Program-made: the position numbers and the translations under genes
Assembly (NCBI GenBank): GCA_964527765.1
Contig: CAZGQR010000003.1
Span: forward strand, 6,156 to 70,155
DNA length: 64,000 nt
Source of the DNA: an uncultured Planctomycetia bacterium
Lineage (GTDB): Bacteria > Omnitrophota > Gorgyraeia > Tantalellales > Tantalellaceae
Direction: 5' to 3'
Notes under the pieces: generated by a model
Told to the model about the DNA's origin: nothing
Database searches by the model: none
Seen by the model: only the letters and a program-made list of their open reading frames with translations
Shown here: positions 28,711-40,228 of the stretch, piece by piece
How the letters are laid out: the number at the start of each line of letters is the position of its first letter
Numbering within the stretch: the stretch's first letter is position 1

Positions 28711-30402
28711 CTACCTTCGCCTTTTTAACTTTACTTTGATATGTTTTAATTTTTCGCTGACCTTCCTGTTGCCGGGTTCCAGCTCAAGTGACAATTCCCA
28801 TTGCCGGGCCGCTTTTTCCGGTTCCCCTTTCGCGAAATATACATCCCCGAGGTGTTCACGGATAACCGCATCATCGGGCATGTACCGGGCGGCCTTATCT
28901 ATCTGTTCCAGCGCCTCGTCCAGCATGCCCTTCCTGTAATAGGCCCACCCGAGACTGTCGATATATGCGCCGTTCTCCGGATCGGCTTCAAGCGCTTTCT
29001 TGATCAGCGCAACGGCCTTGTCCAGATCCCTGCCTTCCTCCACGTATATGTAACCAAGGTAGTTGTAGATCTCAGGCACCTGGCTCCCCCGCGAAACGGC
29101 TTCCTCCAGGATCTTTACGGCTTCTTTTCTTCGCCCCATCCGATCCGCCGTAGCCGCGAGATAGAACTTGTAAATATCGTTCGTAGGGTCTTTTTCCGCG
29201 GCTATGGAATAATAATCGACCGCTTTTTTATAGCGCCCTTGCAGTCCGGCCAGATATCCGAAGCTTCCGTAAATAACAGCGTCCGATACGCCGCCCTTCA
29301 AAGCTTCCCGCAAAACCTCTTCCGCCTTATCGAATTTCTTTTCGGACACATATATGCTGAAATTTCTCAAATACGGCTCGGGAGAACTTGCATCCAGCTG
29401 CATCAAAATGCGGTTCTGCTCCACGGCTTTACCTGTCTCTCCGAGCCTGTGATAGAGCTGTCCGAGCCGGACGTGCGCTTCTTTATTCAGCGAATCCATG
29501 CTCGCGACTTTCTTATATTGCTCTATCGCCTCGGCATATTTACCGTCTATCTCATAAATGAACCCGAGGACCATTTGGGCTTCAAGATAATCCTTATCCA
29601 CCTGAATGGCTTTTTCCAGCGTCTCCTCGGCCTTATCCAGCAGGTTCAATTTGCTGTATATGATCCCGAGGTTCAGGTAAATGAAGGCGTCGTCGTCCCT
29701 TATCCTCAGGATCCTCTCATATATTTCCGCGGCCTTGTCCAGTTTCTGCTGAATGACATAAAGATCCGATAAAAACGTCAGGACCTTAAGGTTCTCGGGG
29801 TCGTATTTCAGGGCTTTTTCGTGCTGGGCCTGCGCTTTCTCGAATTCACCCTTCGCGGTATAGATTATCGCCAAAAGAAGATAGGATTTGGTGTTCTCCG
29901 GGGCCATCTCGACGACCCGGGCCAGTGTCTCATCCGCCTCATCGAGCTGCCCCAGGAGCAGCTGGTCCGCGCCGATCTTCAGGTAGATCTCAGCTACGTC
30001 ATCCTTATAGGCCAGGGCTTTTTTGTATTCCGCGATCGCTTCGGCGGTCCTGCCGAAATTATCATAGATGGCCCCCATCACGTAATGGCTCAACGCATCT
30101 GAAGAACCCCTGATCTCGGGTTCTTTTGTCCTGGATCCATTGATGAGATCGTTTACCGGCCCGGCATAAGAACTTGTTCCCGATATGCAGACAGAAAAAA
30201 AGACGCAAAAAGAACAGACAGCGGCGAGGACAATCGGGCGCACTGGCGTCACACCTTCCTCTTCTTGTGTCGGTCTCTTCGCATTCGTTTTTTGCGCTTG
30301 TGTCGTTTGACCTTTTTTATCTTCCTTTTCCTCCCGCAGGGCATACTGCTCTGTCACCTCCTTTTCTGTCTGTCGGTAGATCAGCCGGTAAAAACTGGTC
30401 AT
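28711..30402 (-). CDS. TPR-repeat protein with N-terminal signal/TM segment
   Basis: At least 10 TPR-like 34-aa repeats (AxxYxxALxxxP pattern). The true start is uncertain and may be an internal GTG. Confidence 0.7.
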   Translation of the reverse strand: MTSFYRLIYRQTEKEVTEQYALREEKEDKKGQTTQAQKTNAKRPTQEEEGVTPVRPIVLAAVCSFCVFFSVCISGTSSYAGPVNDLINGSRTKEPEIRGSSDALSHYVMGAIYDNFGRTAEAIAEYKKALAYKDDVAEIYLKIGADQLLLGQLDEADETLARVVEMAPENTKSYLLLAIIYTAKGEFEKAQAQHEKALKYDPENLKVLTFLSDLYVIQQKLDKAAEIYERILRIRDDDAFIYLNLGIIYSKLNLLDKAEETLEKAIQVDKDYLEAQMVLGFIYEIDGKYAEAIEQYKKVASMDSLNKEAHVRLGQLYHRLGETGKAVEQNRILMQLDASSPEPYLRNFSIYVSEKKFDKAEEVLREALKGGVSDAVIYGSFGYLAGLQGRYKKAVDYYSIAAEKDPTNDIYKFYLAATADRMGRRKEAVKILEEAVSRGSQVPEIYNYLGYIYVEEGRDLDKAVALIKKALEADPENGAYIDSLGWAYYRKGMLDEALEQIDKAARYMPDDAVIREHLGDVYFAKGEPEKAARQWELSLELEPGNRKVSEKLKHIKVKLKRRR

Positions 30403-30416
30403 CCAAACTAAAATTC

Positions 30417-31295
30417 CTAATAGATCACTTTGTTCAGCGGGTACTCTATAAATCCTTCCGCTCCCGCCTTTCTGAGTTCCGGGATAAGCTTTTTAACGTC
30501 CTCTTCGTCGATCACCGTATCTATGTCCACCCACTTCTCGTCGGAAAGCGGCGAAATGGTGGGATTTTTCATCGACGGCAGGACCTTCAATATCTTGTCC
30601 ACATCCTTCTTCCTGGCGTTCATCTTGAGCCCGACTTTTCCTTCCGCGAGTATGGCTCCCTTAAGAAGCAGCACTATCCGCCCTATTTTTTCCTTTTTCC
30701 ACGGATCCTTCCAGGCGCCCTTGTTGACGATGAACTGAGTGGTAGATTCGCATACGGTATCGATTATCTTCAGGTCATTTGCCCTGAGGCTGCTTCCGGT
30801 TTCGGTGACCTCCACTATGGCGTCGATGCCCATCTTGGGTTTTACCTCGGTCGCTCCCCAGCTGAATTCAACCTGCGCTTTTACCCCGTTATCGCGAAGA
30901 TAGCCGGTAGTGACTTTTACCAGTTCCGTCGCTATTTTTTTGCCTTCAAGGTCTTTTACTTTCTTGACGCGGGAGTTTTCCGGGACCGCCAGTACCCATC
31001 TTACCGGTTTCATGCTTTGCTTGGCGTAGACAAGCTCAGCTACCCGTTCCACGTCGGATGAATTTTCCTTTATCCAGTCATCCCCGGTTATCCCGCAGTC
31101 GATTATGCCGTCTTCGACATACCGGGACATTTCCTGGGCGCGGAACAGCACGGCTTCTATCTCCTCATCATCCACGTCGGGGAAATACGATCTTTCGGAA
31201 ACCCTTATCCTGTAGCCCGCCTTCTCGAACAGCCTTAAGGTAGTCTCCTGCAGGCTCCCTTTCGGAATGCCCAGTCTTAATTTTTTCTCGCCCAT
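30417..31295 (-). CDS. hisG: ATP phosphoribosyltransferase (long form)
   Basis: [17 protein letters not shown]... and [10 protein letters not shown], with the C-terminal regulatory domain. An internal Met was used as the start. Confidence 0.85.
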   Translation of the reverse strand: MGEKKLRLGIPKGSLQETTLRLFEKAGYRIRVSERSYFPDVDDEEIEAVLFRAQEMSRYVEDGIIDCGITGDDWIKENSSDVERVAELVYAKQSMKPVRWVLAVPENSRVKKVKDLEGKKIATELVKVTTGYLRDNGVKAQVEFSWGATEVKPKMGIDAIVEVTETGSSLRANDLKIIDTVCESTTQFIVNKGAWKDPWKKEKIGRIVLLLKGAILAEGKVGLKMNARKKDVDKILKVLPSMKNPTISPLSDEKWVDIDTVIDEEDVKKLIPELRKAGAEGFIEYPLNKVIY

Positions 31296-31548
31296 CTCTG
31301 CCTCTTTTCCTCTTCCAAAGAAATAAGAAGATAAGATAAAAAGAAAACAAACCCTACCATATCCCCCGGGCAAGCGTCCCGCTCCCAGCGGCGAACGTCC
31401 CCCCGGGGCACATTACCCCGTACATTAAAGTATAATCTCTATAATAAATAAAATTTTCGTGTCAATTGTATATCAATATTATGGGATAGTCAAGGAATAT
31501 GAAAATCCGGGCGGGGATCCGCAAGTCAGGCAGGCTGTTTTTCGCGGA

Positions 31549-32565
31549 TCATAAGGGTCCGTGCGGTTCGATGATCACCTTGATGGACTCGTCGGCCGCG
31601 GCGACGAGCTGAAAGCCCCGGCCGGTCTCCGCCAAGGGCAACCTGTGCGTAACCATCTCGCGCACAGGCACACGACCGGTGCGGATCAGTTCGATCGCCT
31701 CGACGGCATCCGACGGACTGTTGCCGTATGACGGCATCAGCTTGATCCCGTTGCGCCAGAATTCGTTAAGCGGCACGGAAAGCTCAATGCCCGGCTCCGT
31801 CGGCGCGAAGAAAAGGACCGTTCCCCCGCGGTCCACGGACCGCAGTGCCTGGTTGAACGCGGGCAAAGCCCCGGTGCACACGATCACCAGGTCAACGAGC
31901 CTTTTATCGGCCCGGAGCAGCCGGGCGGGGATATCTTCGCGGGCGCTCAGCACTTCATCCGCTCCGAACCGCCGCGCCATTTTCATGCGATACTCATTGA
32001 TATCCGTCATGATTATCTTGCCGGCCCCAAGGGTCCGGGCCAGTAGCAGATGAAGCAGCCCCGAGATCCCGCTACCGAGTATGAGCACGCTCTGGCCGGG
32101 CTGCAGGTTCGCTATTCTTTGCGCGCGGCATACGCAGGCCAGCGGTTCAATGAACACCCCGTCCTCGAAGGAGACCTCGTCGGGCAGCAGAAACGTCCCG
32201 CGGTCCACGTTGATCCGCGGCACCCGTATATATTCGGCGAACCCGCCGGGATCATAATTGGTGTTATGCAGGGTCTCGCAAACGGTATGATGTCCGCTCA
32301 AACAGTAATGACAGGTGTTGCAGGGTACGTGGTGGGAAACAAAGACCCTGTCGCCGGCCTTGTAGCGCTTTACGCCTTCGGCTGTCTTGACGATCTCGCC
32401 GGCGATCTCATGCCCCAGCACCAGGGGGGCTTTCTTAGCGCGGTACCATTCCATTACGTCGCTGCCGCAGATGCCGCTGGTCATGACTTTCACCAGCAAT
32501 TCCCCGGGGCCGATCCCGGGCACCGGCATCTCTTCCAGCCGCACATCGTCGTTCTTGTAGTACAT
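31549..32565 (-). CDS. zinc-dependent alcohol/threonine dehydrogenase (MDR family)
   Basis: GICGSDV, GHEIAGEIV and the second-zinc CxxCxxCxxxxxxxC motif. Start set at MYYKND. Confidence 0.75.
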   Translation of the reverse strand: MYYKNDDVRLEEMPVPGIGPGELLVKVMTSGICGSDVMEWYRAKKAPLVLGHEIAGEIVKTAEGVKRYKAGDRVFVSHHVPCNTCHYCLSGHHTVCETLHNTNYDPGGFAEYIRVPRINVDRGTFLLPDEVSFEDGVFIEPLACVCRAQRIANLQPGQSVLILGSGISGLLHLLLARTLGAGKIIMTDINEYRMKMARRFGADEVLSAREDIPARLLRADKRLVDLVIVCTGALPAFNQALRSVDRGGTVLFFAPTEPGIELSVPLNEFWRNGIKLMPSYGNSPSDAVEAIELIRTGRVPVREMVTHRLPLAETGRGFQLVAAADESIKVIIEPHGPL

Positions 32566-32626
32566 CGCTACTTTCAAAAATGTCCCCTTTTTTGCGCCTC
32601 CCGAGCGATTCCGCGTGTCTTGCGGA

Positions 32627-33421
32627 TCATCCGCTGTTCCTGGCCTCATTGAATATCTCGTGGGCCGTTTCAGCGGTGGCGTTCTCATGGACAACGGCCC
32701 GCAGGGCCTTGGCCATGGCCACGGGATGCGCGTTCTGCCAGACGTTCCTTCCCAGATTTATGCCGATAGCTCCCTTCTGCATGCCGTCATGGACGAATTC
32801 CAGCACTTCAAGCTCTGTCTTGCATTTCGGCCCGCCCGCTATGACCACCGGAACCGGACAGCCCTCCACGACCTTATCGAAATCCTTTTCGCACCAATAG
32901 GTCTTCACCACCCGCGCCCCCAGCTCCGCGGCAATGCGGCAGCTTAAAGCAAGATAACGGGCTTCCCGTTTTTCCGTTTCCTTGCCAACAGCCGTGACGG
33001 CCATCACGGGAATGCCGTAATTCTCGCACTCGTTAACGAGTCCGGCAAGATTCAGCAGTGTCTGGCGCTCATGATCGCTCCCGACAAAAACAGAAACGCC
33101 TACAGCGGCCACGTTGAGGCGGATGATCTCCTCGATAGAAGTGGTTACGCCTTCATCCGCCAGGTCCTTCCCGGCCATGCTGGTACCGCCGGATACCCTG
33201 AGAATAACGGGTTTAGCGCCCGCCGGGTCCACGGATGCGCGCAATACCCCCCTTGTGACAAAAAGAGCGTCACAAAAGGGAAGAAGCGGTTCGATGGTCC
33301 GGCCCGGTTTTTCCAAACGCGTGGTAGGTCCCTGGAAATATCCGTGATCTATGGGCAGAAAGAAACAATGACCGTCCGGTTGGATAAGCTGATTCAGCCG
33401 GTTTTGCATTCCCCAATCCAT
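32627..33421 (-). CDS. class I aldolase of the DhnA / archaeal-type FBP aldolase family (DeoC/LacD superfamily)
   Basis: Conserved block IRLNVAAVGVSVFVGS...VVKTYW (Schiff-base Lys region) typical of DhnA-type aldolases. Confidence 0.65.
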   Translation of the reverse strand: MDWGMQNRLNQLIQPDGHCFFLPIDHGYFQGPTTRLEKPGRTIEPLLPFCDALFVTRGVLRASVDPAGAKPVILRVSGGTSMAGKDLADEGVTTSIEEIIRLNVAAVGVSVFVGSDHERQTLLNLAGLVNECENYGIPVMAVTAVGKETEKREARYLALSCRIAAELGARVVKTYWCEKDFDKVVEGCPVPVVIAGGPKCKTELEVLEFVHDGMQKGAIGINLGRNVWQNAHPVAMAKALRAVVHENATAETAHEIFNEARNSG

Positions 33422-33514
33422 TTTTCATGCCTCCTTGTGTTATGTTAACAGGTCAGATTAACAGCCTGCAATATCAGGTTAGTCTAACACAGGCCATATA
33501 CAGAGTCAACATTT

Positions 33515-33652
33515 GTACCGTTTGCGATTTCAAGCTTCAAAGTGTCCCCTAAATCGAAGCTTGAAAGTGTCCCCTTCCCCTCGGAGAGAAGGGGGGACAC
33601 TTTGATAGCACAAAAATGGGGACACTTTGATAGCTAATTTCGCAAACGGTAC
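33515..33652. repeat. 138-bp nested palindromic element
   Basis: 13-bp terminal IR GTACCGTTTGCGA/TCGCAAACGGTAC. Inside it are two direct copies of AAGCTTsAAAGTGTCCCC, a central palindrome, and two inverted copies GGGGACACTTTGATAGC. Confidence 0.6.
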
Positions 33653-33687
33653 AAAGTCAGGGGGGCTTTCGGTGTCAATAAAAACCC

Positions 33688-33715
33688 TTGTTTATGATCG
33701 GAATTTCCTTATAAT
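33688..33715 (+). promoter_or_regulatory. candidate promoter TTGTTT-N16-TATAAT upstream of ppiD-like gene
   Basis: Hexamers read directly from the sequence; AGGGAGA RBS at 33762. Confidence 0.3.
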
Positions 33716-33776
33716 ATATAGCTTGCGTGGCGTAAAACGAGCGTTTGACAAGTACAGACCAGGGAGATGATGCGCA

Positions 33777-35234
33777 ATGGTATTAAAAATACTTCGGAGC
33801 AGGAAATTCGCCAAAAGGGTGCTGTTGGGTCTGCTTATTCTCATTATCCCGGCCTTTATCCTCTGGGGGGCCGGCAGCGTCACAAAAGGCCCGGGACTGA
33901 TAGGCAAGATCGGCAAGCAAAAAATATATCTTAACGATTTTGCGAAAAGCAGACAGGGGATAAAGGTCCAGGTGCTCTTTACGTACTATGGGGACCTGAA
34001 CACCTTGAACCAGATACTGCAAAACCGCCCCATGATCAATTTCATGGCATGGGAAAGGCTTGTCCTCCTTAATGAAGCCAGGAGCAGAAAGATAAAGGTC
34101 GCCAATGATGATGTCCTGTCTTTTATTTCGCAGCACCCGCTGTTCCTGAGAGACGGCGCCTTTGATAAAGGGGTGTATAATTACATCCTGCGGAACAATC
34201 TTTCCGTGGGGCCGCGCCAGTTCGAAGAACTTGTAAGAGAGAACCTTCAGGTAAAACTATTGCGGCATGACCTGCTGAAAAATATAAATATCACGGAAGA
34301 AGACGTGCTGGAATATTACAGGACGATGAACGACCGGATCGAATTTTCCTACATGACGATCGATAAAGCCCCCTTTTCGGAAGACGTCACTGTATCGGAC
34401 GAGGAAGCCAGGGAATTCTACGAAGCGAACAAAGACAAGTTCTTCGAGCCCGCCAAGGTCGAGGTGGAATATATAGAGCTTTCGTACGAAAACGCTTCCG
34501 AGAAAAGCTCGGTCGCCGGCGAAATGGAAAAGATCTATCCGGAGCTCAGCAAGTTCCCGACACGATTCAGGCAGATAGCGGACGAGCACGGGATGCGCTA
34601 CGGCGACACCGGCCCCTTCTCGCGCAGGGACGCGATCCCCGGGATACCGTTCTTCAAGGACTTCCACGACATGGCTTTTGCCATGAAGGAAGGCGAAATA
34701 AGCCCTCTCGTATTCTCAGCGCCCGAAAAAGGATCGGCATACGTGCTGCGCAAAGTGCGGGATATCCCGCCCCGGCACCAGGGCTTTGAGGAACTGCGGC
34801 CGGATATCATGAAGAACCTCGCGGAAAGAAAAACCCTTCTCCTGGCCGAAAAAAAGGCGAACGAACTTCTTGCGAAAATGGCAGAAACGGGAGCGACCCT
34901 GGAAGAAACGGCAAGCGAGCTGGGGCAAGAAACGCAAAAGACCGAACCTGTCGCCTTCAGCGGGTATATTGAGAACATCGGCCCGGCGAAGGAGATCATC
35001 ATTCACGCGCATAAGACCGGACAGGGTAAGCTTATGCCTCCGGTGATCACGCAAAAGGGGGCCCTCCTCATGCGGGTAGACAATATCCTGCCGGCCGACG
35101 AGGCCGATTTTGAAGAGAATAAGGAGACTTTGCGCAGAAACCTCCTGATGCAGAAACAGGCGAACACTCTGGACAAATGGTTCAGGGAGGAAGCGCCGAA
35201 AGTAGAGTTGAAAAAAGCTCTGGAGGAACTGTAA
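33777..35234 (+). CDS. ppiD: PpiD/SurA-like periplasmic chaperone (N-terminal TM anchor)
   Basis: N-terminal TM helix plus SurA-N-like chaperone architecture. No clear parvulin catalytic motif was seen. Confidence 0.65.
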   Translation: MVLKILRSRKFAKRVLLGLLILIIPAFILWGAGSVTKGPGLIGKIGKQKIYLNDFAKSRQGIKVQVLFTYYGDLNTLNQILQNRPMINFMAWERLVLLNEARSRKIKVANDDVLSFISQHPLFLRDGAFDKGVYNYILRNNLSVGPRQFEELVRENLQVKLLRHDLLKNINITEEDVLEYYRTMNDRIEFSYMTIDKAPFSEDVTVSDEEAREFYEANKDKFFEPAKVEVEYIELSYENASEKSSVAGEMEKIYPELSKFPTRFRQIADEHGMRYGDTGPFSRRDAIPGIPFFKDFHDMAFAMKEGEISPLVFSAPEKGSAYVLRKVRDIPPRHQGFEELRPDIMKNLAERKTLLLAEKKANELLAKMAETGATLEETASELGQETQKTEPVAFSGYIENIGPAKEIIIHAHKTGQGKLMPPVITQKGALLMRVDNILPADEADFEENKETLRRNLLMQKQANTLDKWFREEAPKVELKKALEEL

Positions 35235-35238
35235 GGAT

Positions 35239-35688
35239 CTATTCGAGGAATTTTTTGAGCTCTTTCATGAAGTGTGAAACATCCTTGAACCGCCGGTAGA
35301 CCGAAGCAAAACGGACATACGCGACCTCATCAAGGTCATGTAATTTTTCCATGACCATGTTCCCTATCATCGTCGACTTGATCTCGTTATCGGTTTTTTT
35401 CTGGACTTCTCTTTCGACCTCTTCGACGATACGTTCGATATCATCCATGCTGACAGGGCGTTTTTCGCACGCTTTCATGATGCCCGCCTTGATCTTTTCC
35501 CGGTCAAACCTTTTCCGCGTGCCGTCTCTTTTAACGACCATCAGCGTGGCCCTTTCCACATATTCATAGGTAGTGAACCTTTTCCCGCATTTAAGGCATT
35601 CCCGGCGCCTTCTGATGCTTACCCCTTCCCCGCTCATTCGGGAGTCTATGACCTTGTCCTCCATGTTCCTGCAGTACGGACATCTCAT
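35239..35688 (-). CDS. nrdR: transcriptional repressor NrdR
   Basis: MRCPYCR...[10 protein letters not shown] zinc ribbon plus an ATP-cone. Confidence 0.9.
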   Translation of the reverse strand: MRCPYCRNMEDKVIDSRMSGEGVSIRRRRECLKCGKRFTTYEYVERATLMVVKRDGTRKRFDREKIKAGIMKACEKRPVSMDDIERIVEEVEREVQKKTDNEIKSTMIGNMVMEKLHDLDEVAYVRFASVYRRFKDVSHFMKELKKFLE

Positions 35689-36182
35689 GGCTTCACCACC
35701 GTTATCCCGATCCCGCCTTCCCGGAGGAACTGAAGCGCGAAATCATCCGGGTAATTTCCTTCCACAACGATCTTCCTGATGCCGACATTTATGATCATCT
35801 TGGCGCATATGCTGCACGGCTGAACGGTTATGTAAAGCGTCCCCCCGTCAAGGCTCACTCCGTGCCTGGCAGCCTGGAGGAAGGCGTTCTGTTCGGCGTG
35901 AAGCGCCCTGCACAGCTCATGGCGCTGGCCCGAGGGCACAGCGAGTTTGTCCCTGAGGCACCCGACCTCGTCACAATGGGTTATGCCCGTGGGAGCGCCG
36001 TTATAGCCGGTCGCCAGTATCTGCTTATTTTTGACGACAACCGCTCCGACCTTCCTGCGCAGACAGGTCGAACGTGTCGCGACCAGTTTCGCTATGTTCA
36101 AGAAATACTCGTCCCACGAAGGGCGTTTTATCTTGGCCCTGGTTTCCTTCGCGGTCTTATTTTTGGCCGTCTTTTGCGCCAT
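35685..36182 (-). CDS. dCMP/cytidine deaminase (ComEB family)
   Basis: HAEQNA and PCSICAKMI zinc-binding motifs. Confidence 0.8.
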   Translation of the reverse strand: MAQKTAKNKTAKETRAKIKRPSWDEYFLNIAKLVATRSTCLRRKVGAVVVKNKQILATGYNGAPTGITHCDEVGCLRDKLAVPSGQRHELCRALHAEQNAFLQAARHGVSLDGGTLYITVQPCSICAKMIINVGIRKIVVEGNYPDDFALQFLREGGIGITVVKP

Positions 36183-37447
36183 TAGCCCAGACCCTCCATC
36201 TCGTCTATCCAGTCTTTGTACAGCGGGAACGCTTTTAAAAATTCTCTCACTTCTTCCCGGATAGCGGCGAGTTTTTTCTCATTCCCCCGCGCCTTCAGGG
36301 CGGTATCGATGAATTCCGCTACCCGGTCCATTTCCTTCTCACCCATCCCCCGTGTCGTCACGGCAGGGGTCCCCAACCGGATACCGCTGGTCACGAACGG
36401 GCTTTTTTCATCGAAGGGAATAAGATTTTTGTTGACCGTTATACCCGCCTTGTCCAGGCATATCTCCGCCTCCTTGCCGGTAATACCGTTATTCGTGAAG
36501 TCCACCAGCAGAAGATGGTTGTCCGTCCCGCCCGAAACCACCCTGTATCCCATGGAGATAAGCGCCTTGGAGATGCGTTTGGCGTTTTTGATGATATGTT
36601 CCTGGTATTTTTTGAATTCGGGCTGCAGGGCTTCGTGGAACGCCACTGCCTTGGCCGCGATGACATGCATGAGAGGCCCTCCCTGGATCCCGGGGAACAC
36701 TTCCGAGTCGATCTTTTTCGCGAACTCCTTCTTGCACATGACCATGCCGGACCTGGGCCCCCTCAGGGTCTTATGGGTCGTCGTGGTAACAAATTCCGCT
36801 ACGGGGACGGGGTCGGGATGAAGCCCGGCCGCGATGAGCCCCGCTATATGAGCTATATCGACCATAAGTATGGCGCCGACCTCGTCAGAGATCCGGCGAA
36901 ACTCGGCAAAATCTATGCTGCGCGGGTAGGCTGAAGCTCCCGCCAGTATCATCTTCGGCCGGTGTTCCAGGGCTTTCTGCCGGATCTCGTCAAAATCCAG
37001 CTTCTCCGTTTCCTTATCCACCCCGTAAAAGACCATGTTGAAGTACTTTCCCGAAAAATTCTTGCGGTGTCCGTGCGTCAGATGCCCGCCGCATGCCAGG
37101 TCCATCGCCAGAACAGTATCTCCGATATTCAACATGGCGAAATAAACGGCCATGTTCGCCTGTGACCCCGAATGGGGCTGGACGTTCACGTGTTCGGCGC
37201 CGAAAAGTTTTTTCGCCCGTTCGACCGCGATATCCTCGGCTTCATCTACATAAACACACCCGCCGTAATACCTCGCGTGGGGGTACCCTTCGGCATACTT
37301 ATTCGTCATCGACGAGGAAACCGCTTCCATTACCGAACGACTGGCAAAATTTTCGCTCGCTATAAGTTCAATGCCCTCGTTCTGTCTTTTGGTCTCGTTC
37401 AGAATGGTCTGAAATATTTTGGGGTCCGTATCTCTCAAGTACCTCAT
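36182..37447 (-). CDS. glyA: serine hydroxymethyltransferase
   Basis: ELIASENF, the [15 protein letters not shown]-lysine motif. Confidence 0.9.
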   Translation of the reverse strand: MRYLRDTDPKIFQTILNETKRQNEGIELIASENFASRSVMEAVSSSMTNKYAEGYPHARYYGGCVYVDEAEDIAVERAKKLFGAEHVNVQPHSGSQANMAVYFAMLNIGDTVLAMDLACGGHLTHGHRKNFSGKYFNMVFYGVDKETEKLDFDEIRQKALEHRPKMILAGASAYPRSIDFAEFRRISDEVGAILMVDIAHIAGLIAAGLHPDPVPVAEFVTTTTHKTLRGPRSGMVMCKKEFAKKIDSEVFPGIQGGPLMHVIAAKAVAFHEALQPEFKKYQEHIIKNAKRISKALISMGYRVVSGGTDNHLLLVDFTNNGITGKEAEICLDKAGITVNKNLIPFDEKSPFVTSGIRLGTPAVTTRGMGEKEMDRVAEFIDTALKARGNEKKLAAIREEVREFLKAFPLYKDWIDEMEGLG

Positions 37448-37478
37448 CTCTTGTTTCCTTTCAGCCTCCAGTGACCCG

Positions 37479-37943
37479 CTAACGACGTTTCTTGAAGACT
37501 TTCCTTTCCAGTTCCGCGATCTGCCTGACGCGCCTGGCGTGCCGCCCTCCGGTCGCTTTTGTCCTGAGCCAGGCCCTTACGATACCCAGGGCTTTCTTGC
37601 TGCTGGTCTTCGTCGCCGCCAGCACCAGCACGTTGGTATCGTTGTGTTTGCGCGCGGATACTGCGTCGGGGGCGGAATCGCATACCCCGGCCCTCACGCC
37701 GGGATACTTGTTGGCGATGATCGCCATGCCTATGCCGGTCTTGCAGATGGCGATCCCCCTTTCCGCTTTGCCGTCGGACACCCTTCCGGCCACATCAAAA
37801 CCGAAACGGGGATAATCGCACGACTCGGCGGAATCGGTTCCCACGTCTTCAACGCGATAACGCGCTTTTTTCAGCGCGGCCTTGATCTTTTCCTTGAGCA
37901 AAAATCCCCCGTGGTCAGCCCCGATCACTATTTTTCTAGCCAT
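37479..37943 (-). CDS. rpiB: ribose-5-phosphate isomerase B
   Basis: [11 protein letters not shown]...[17 protein letters not shown]. Confidence 0.85.
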   Translation of the reverse strand: MARKIVIGADHGGFLLKEKIKAALKKARYRVEDVGTDSAESCDYPRFGFDVAGRVSDGKAERGIAICKTGIGMAIIANKYPGVRAGVCDSAPDAVSARKHNDTNVLVLAATKTSSKKALGIVRAWLRTKATGGRHARRVRQIAELERKVFKKRR

Positions 37944-38386
37944 CTTATAAATCCTTCTATTGACTCTTTTATAACGCGAAAGGACTCCCTGTAAAAGGCC
38001 AGCGGCTGTCCTATCGGGTCAGGTATGACAACATCTTCTTCTTTGTTGAATTCTCCGAGATAATGGATCTTCTCTTTTGCTTCCGGCGCCATGACCAGGA
38101 CCTTTACCCTGTGATCCGGTTCCATGATCAGTATAACATCGGCCCATTTGATGTAATCCTCTGTCAGTTCCTTTGACTCATAACCTTCGGGGTCGATCCC
38201 GTCGGCCGCAAGAACCTTGAGGGTTTCCTGGGTGGGGGTCAGCCCGTTCACGCCCAGCGTGCCGGCAGATCTCACGTCTATAAAAAGGCCTTCCTGCTCC
38301 AGGCGCTTCTTGAGATACGCTTCAGCCATTATACTGCGGCAGCTGTTTCCGGTACACACAAAAAGCACTTTTTTTATATTTCTCAT
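37928..38386 (-). CDS. low-molecular-weight protein-tyrosine phosphatase / arsenate-reductase fold
   Basis: P-loop [12 protein letters not shown] and the DPIG motif. Confidence 0.75.
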   Translation of the reverse strand: MRNIKKVLFVCTGNSCRSIMAEAYLKKRLEQEGLFIDVRSAGTLGVNGLTPTQETLKVLAADGIDPEGYESKELTEDYIKWADVILIMEPDHRVKVLVMAPEAKEKIHYLGEFNKEEDVVIPDPIGQPLAFYRESFRVIKESIEGFIRWLEK

Positions 38387-38398
38387 GATCGCGGATAT

Positions 38399-38896
38399 TT
38401 ACCTTTTCTTTATCTTCCGGTTCTTCGCATCGATCTTCCGGACGAGCTCCTTTTTATGCGCCTGCAGTTTCTTTTCGATCGATCCGGAACTTACGCCGAT
38501 TATCTCTGCGGCAAGTATCGCGGCGTTGACGGCTCCCGCCTTCCCTATGGAAACTGTCGCCACGGGAACGCCTGACGGCATCTGGACCGTCGAGAGGAGC
38601 GAATCTATCCCGTCCAGCTTGGTCTCCATGGGGACGCCTATGACCGGTAATGTGGTATGCGCCGCTATTACGCCCGCCAGGTGAGCCGCGCCCCCGGCGC
38701 CGGCTATAATGACCTTTACTCCTCTTTTTCTCGCCGTTTTCGCGAAATCAGAGGTCTTGTCCGGCGAACGATGCGCGGAAAAGATCTTTACTTCGTAGGG
38801 TATGCCGAACTTCTCCAGCGTGGCGCCGGTTTCAGCCATGACCGGCATATCCGAATCGCTTCCCATGACTATGCTCACCGCGGTTTTCTTCTTCAT
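38399..38896 (-). CDS. purE: N5-carboxyaminoimidazole ribonucleotide mutase
   Basis: [10 protein letters not shown] and [10 protein letters not shown] motifs. Confidence 0.85.
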   Translation of the reverse strand: MKKKTAVSIVMGSDSDMPVMAETGATLEKFGIPYEVKIFSAHRSPDKTSDFAKTARKRGVKVIIAGAGGAAHLAGVIAAHTTLPVIGVPMETKLDGIDSLLSTVQMPSGVPVATVSIGKAGAVNAAILAAEIIGVSSGSIEKKLQAHKKELVRKIDAKNRKIKKR

Positions 38897-40182
38897 ATTC
38901 CAGACTCCTCTGTTACGCGGGCTATGGCCCGGTATCCTATGTCCTTTCTATAATGCATCCCGTCAAAATGTATCTTGCCGACAGCTTTGTATGTATTCGC
39001 TACCGCTTCCTTGATCCCGTCTCCCATGCCTGCCACATTAAGCACCCTTCCGCCTGACGTGACCAGATCCCCGTCTTCAAGGCGCGTCCCCGCATGAAAG
39101 ACAAGAGCTCCTTCAGCGGCCGCTTCCTCCAGGCCCGTTATGCGTTTACCTTTCTCGTAACCGCCGGGGTAACCCCCGGAGGCAAGCACGACGCATACGC
39201 ATTCCCGCTCGTCCCATTCTATCCCCGCACCGGAAAGGTCGCCGCTGGCTGTCCGCATCAAGAGTCCCGCCAGGTCCGACTTCATGCGGGGAAGTATGAC
39301 CTGGGTCTCGGGATCTCCGAAACGCACATTGTATTCAAGCGCCTTGGGACCGGAATCCGTGATCATGATACCGGCGTAAAGAACCCCTTTATAAATGATC
39401 CCTTCATTCCGCATTCCGTCAACGGTGGGACGGATGATCGTCTCCATGACCTCGTTAAAAAGCTCATTATTTACTGCCGGTGCAGGGGAATATGCTCCCA
39501 TTCCACCGGTATTGGGACCCTTGTCACCGTCGTAAACGCGCTTGTGATCCTGGCTGCTGGCCAGGGGTATGATATTGGTCCCGTCCGTTATCACCAGGAT
39601 AGAAGCTTCTTCGCCTGTGAGACACTCTTCTACTATGATCTTTTGTCCGGCAGATCCGAATTCCCCTTTGACAAGCATTGCCCGGGCGGCGTTGACGGCT
39701 TCTTCGACATCTTCCGTGACTATGACTCCCTTGCCCGCCGCCAGGCCGTATGCCTTGATAACTATGGGGGCGCCTTCGGAGCGTATATGATCTTCCGCCT
39801 TTTTGAAATCGTCGAATATCCGAAAAGACGCTGTCGGCACATTGTACCTGCCCATCAGCTCCTTTGCGAATATCTTGCTGGATTCTATGCGGCTGGCAGC
39901 GTAAGAGGGTCCAAAAACACTTATGCCGGCGCCTTCCAGGTCATCCGCTATCCCCACGGCCAGCGGGGCTTCGGGCCCGACAATGACCAGATCTATGTTC
40001 TTCTCCTTGCAAAAATCGATCACTTCCTGGTGTTCGGAAACGGACAGGTCCACATTGACGGCATCCGCGAGCGTCCCGCCGTTGCCGGGAGCGCAATACA
40101 GGCCCTTTACATCCGGACTCTGTTTCAGCTTCCAGCACAGTGTATGCTCGCGCCCCCCGGAGCCGATCACCAGTATGTTCAT
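38893..40182 (-). CDS. purD: phosphoribosylamine--glycine ligase
   Basis: ATP-grasp motifs and [12 protein letters not shown]. Confidence 0.9.
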   Translation of the reverse strand: MNILVIGSGGREHTLCWKLKQSPDVKGLYCAPGNGGTLADAVNVDLSVSEHQEVIDFCKEKNIDLVIVGPEAPLAVGIADDLEGAGISVFGPSYAASRIESSKIFAKELMGRYNVPTASFRIFDDFKKAEDHIRSEGAPIVIKAYGLAAGKGVIVTEDVEEAVNAARAMLVKGEFGSAGQKIIVEECLTGEEASILVITDGTNIIPLASSQDHKRVYDGDKGPNTGGMGAYSPAPAVNNELFNEVMETIIRPTVDGMRNEGIIYKGVLYAGIMITDSGPKALEYNVRFGDPETQVILPRMKSDLAGLLMRTASGDLSGAGIEWDERECVCVVLASGGYPGGYEKGKRITGLEEAAAEGALVFHAGTRLEDGDLVTSGGRVLNVAGMGDGIKEAVANTYKAVGKIHFDGMHYRKDIGYRAIARVTEESGI

Positions 40183-40228
40183 AAAACCGAGGCCTCTGAT
40201 TCTGTCCCGCGCATCGAGCGCTGCGTGA

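Noticed and set aside
28801-29772. 323-aa plus-strand ORF
   Set aside because: Antisense to the TPR-repeat protein gene; no motifs.
31168-31350. 60-aa minus-strand ORF
   Set aside because: Overlaps the 5' end/upstream leader of hisG in another frame. Lys/Arg-rich low-complexity sequence; no support.
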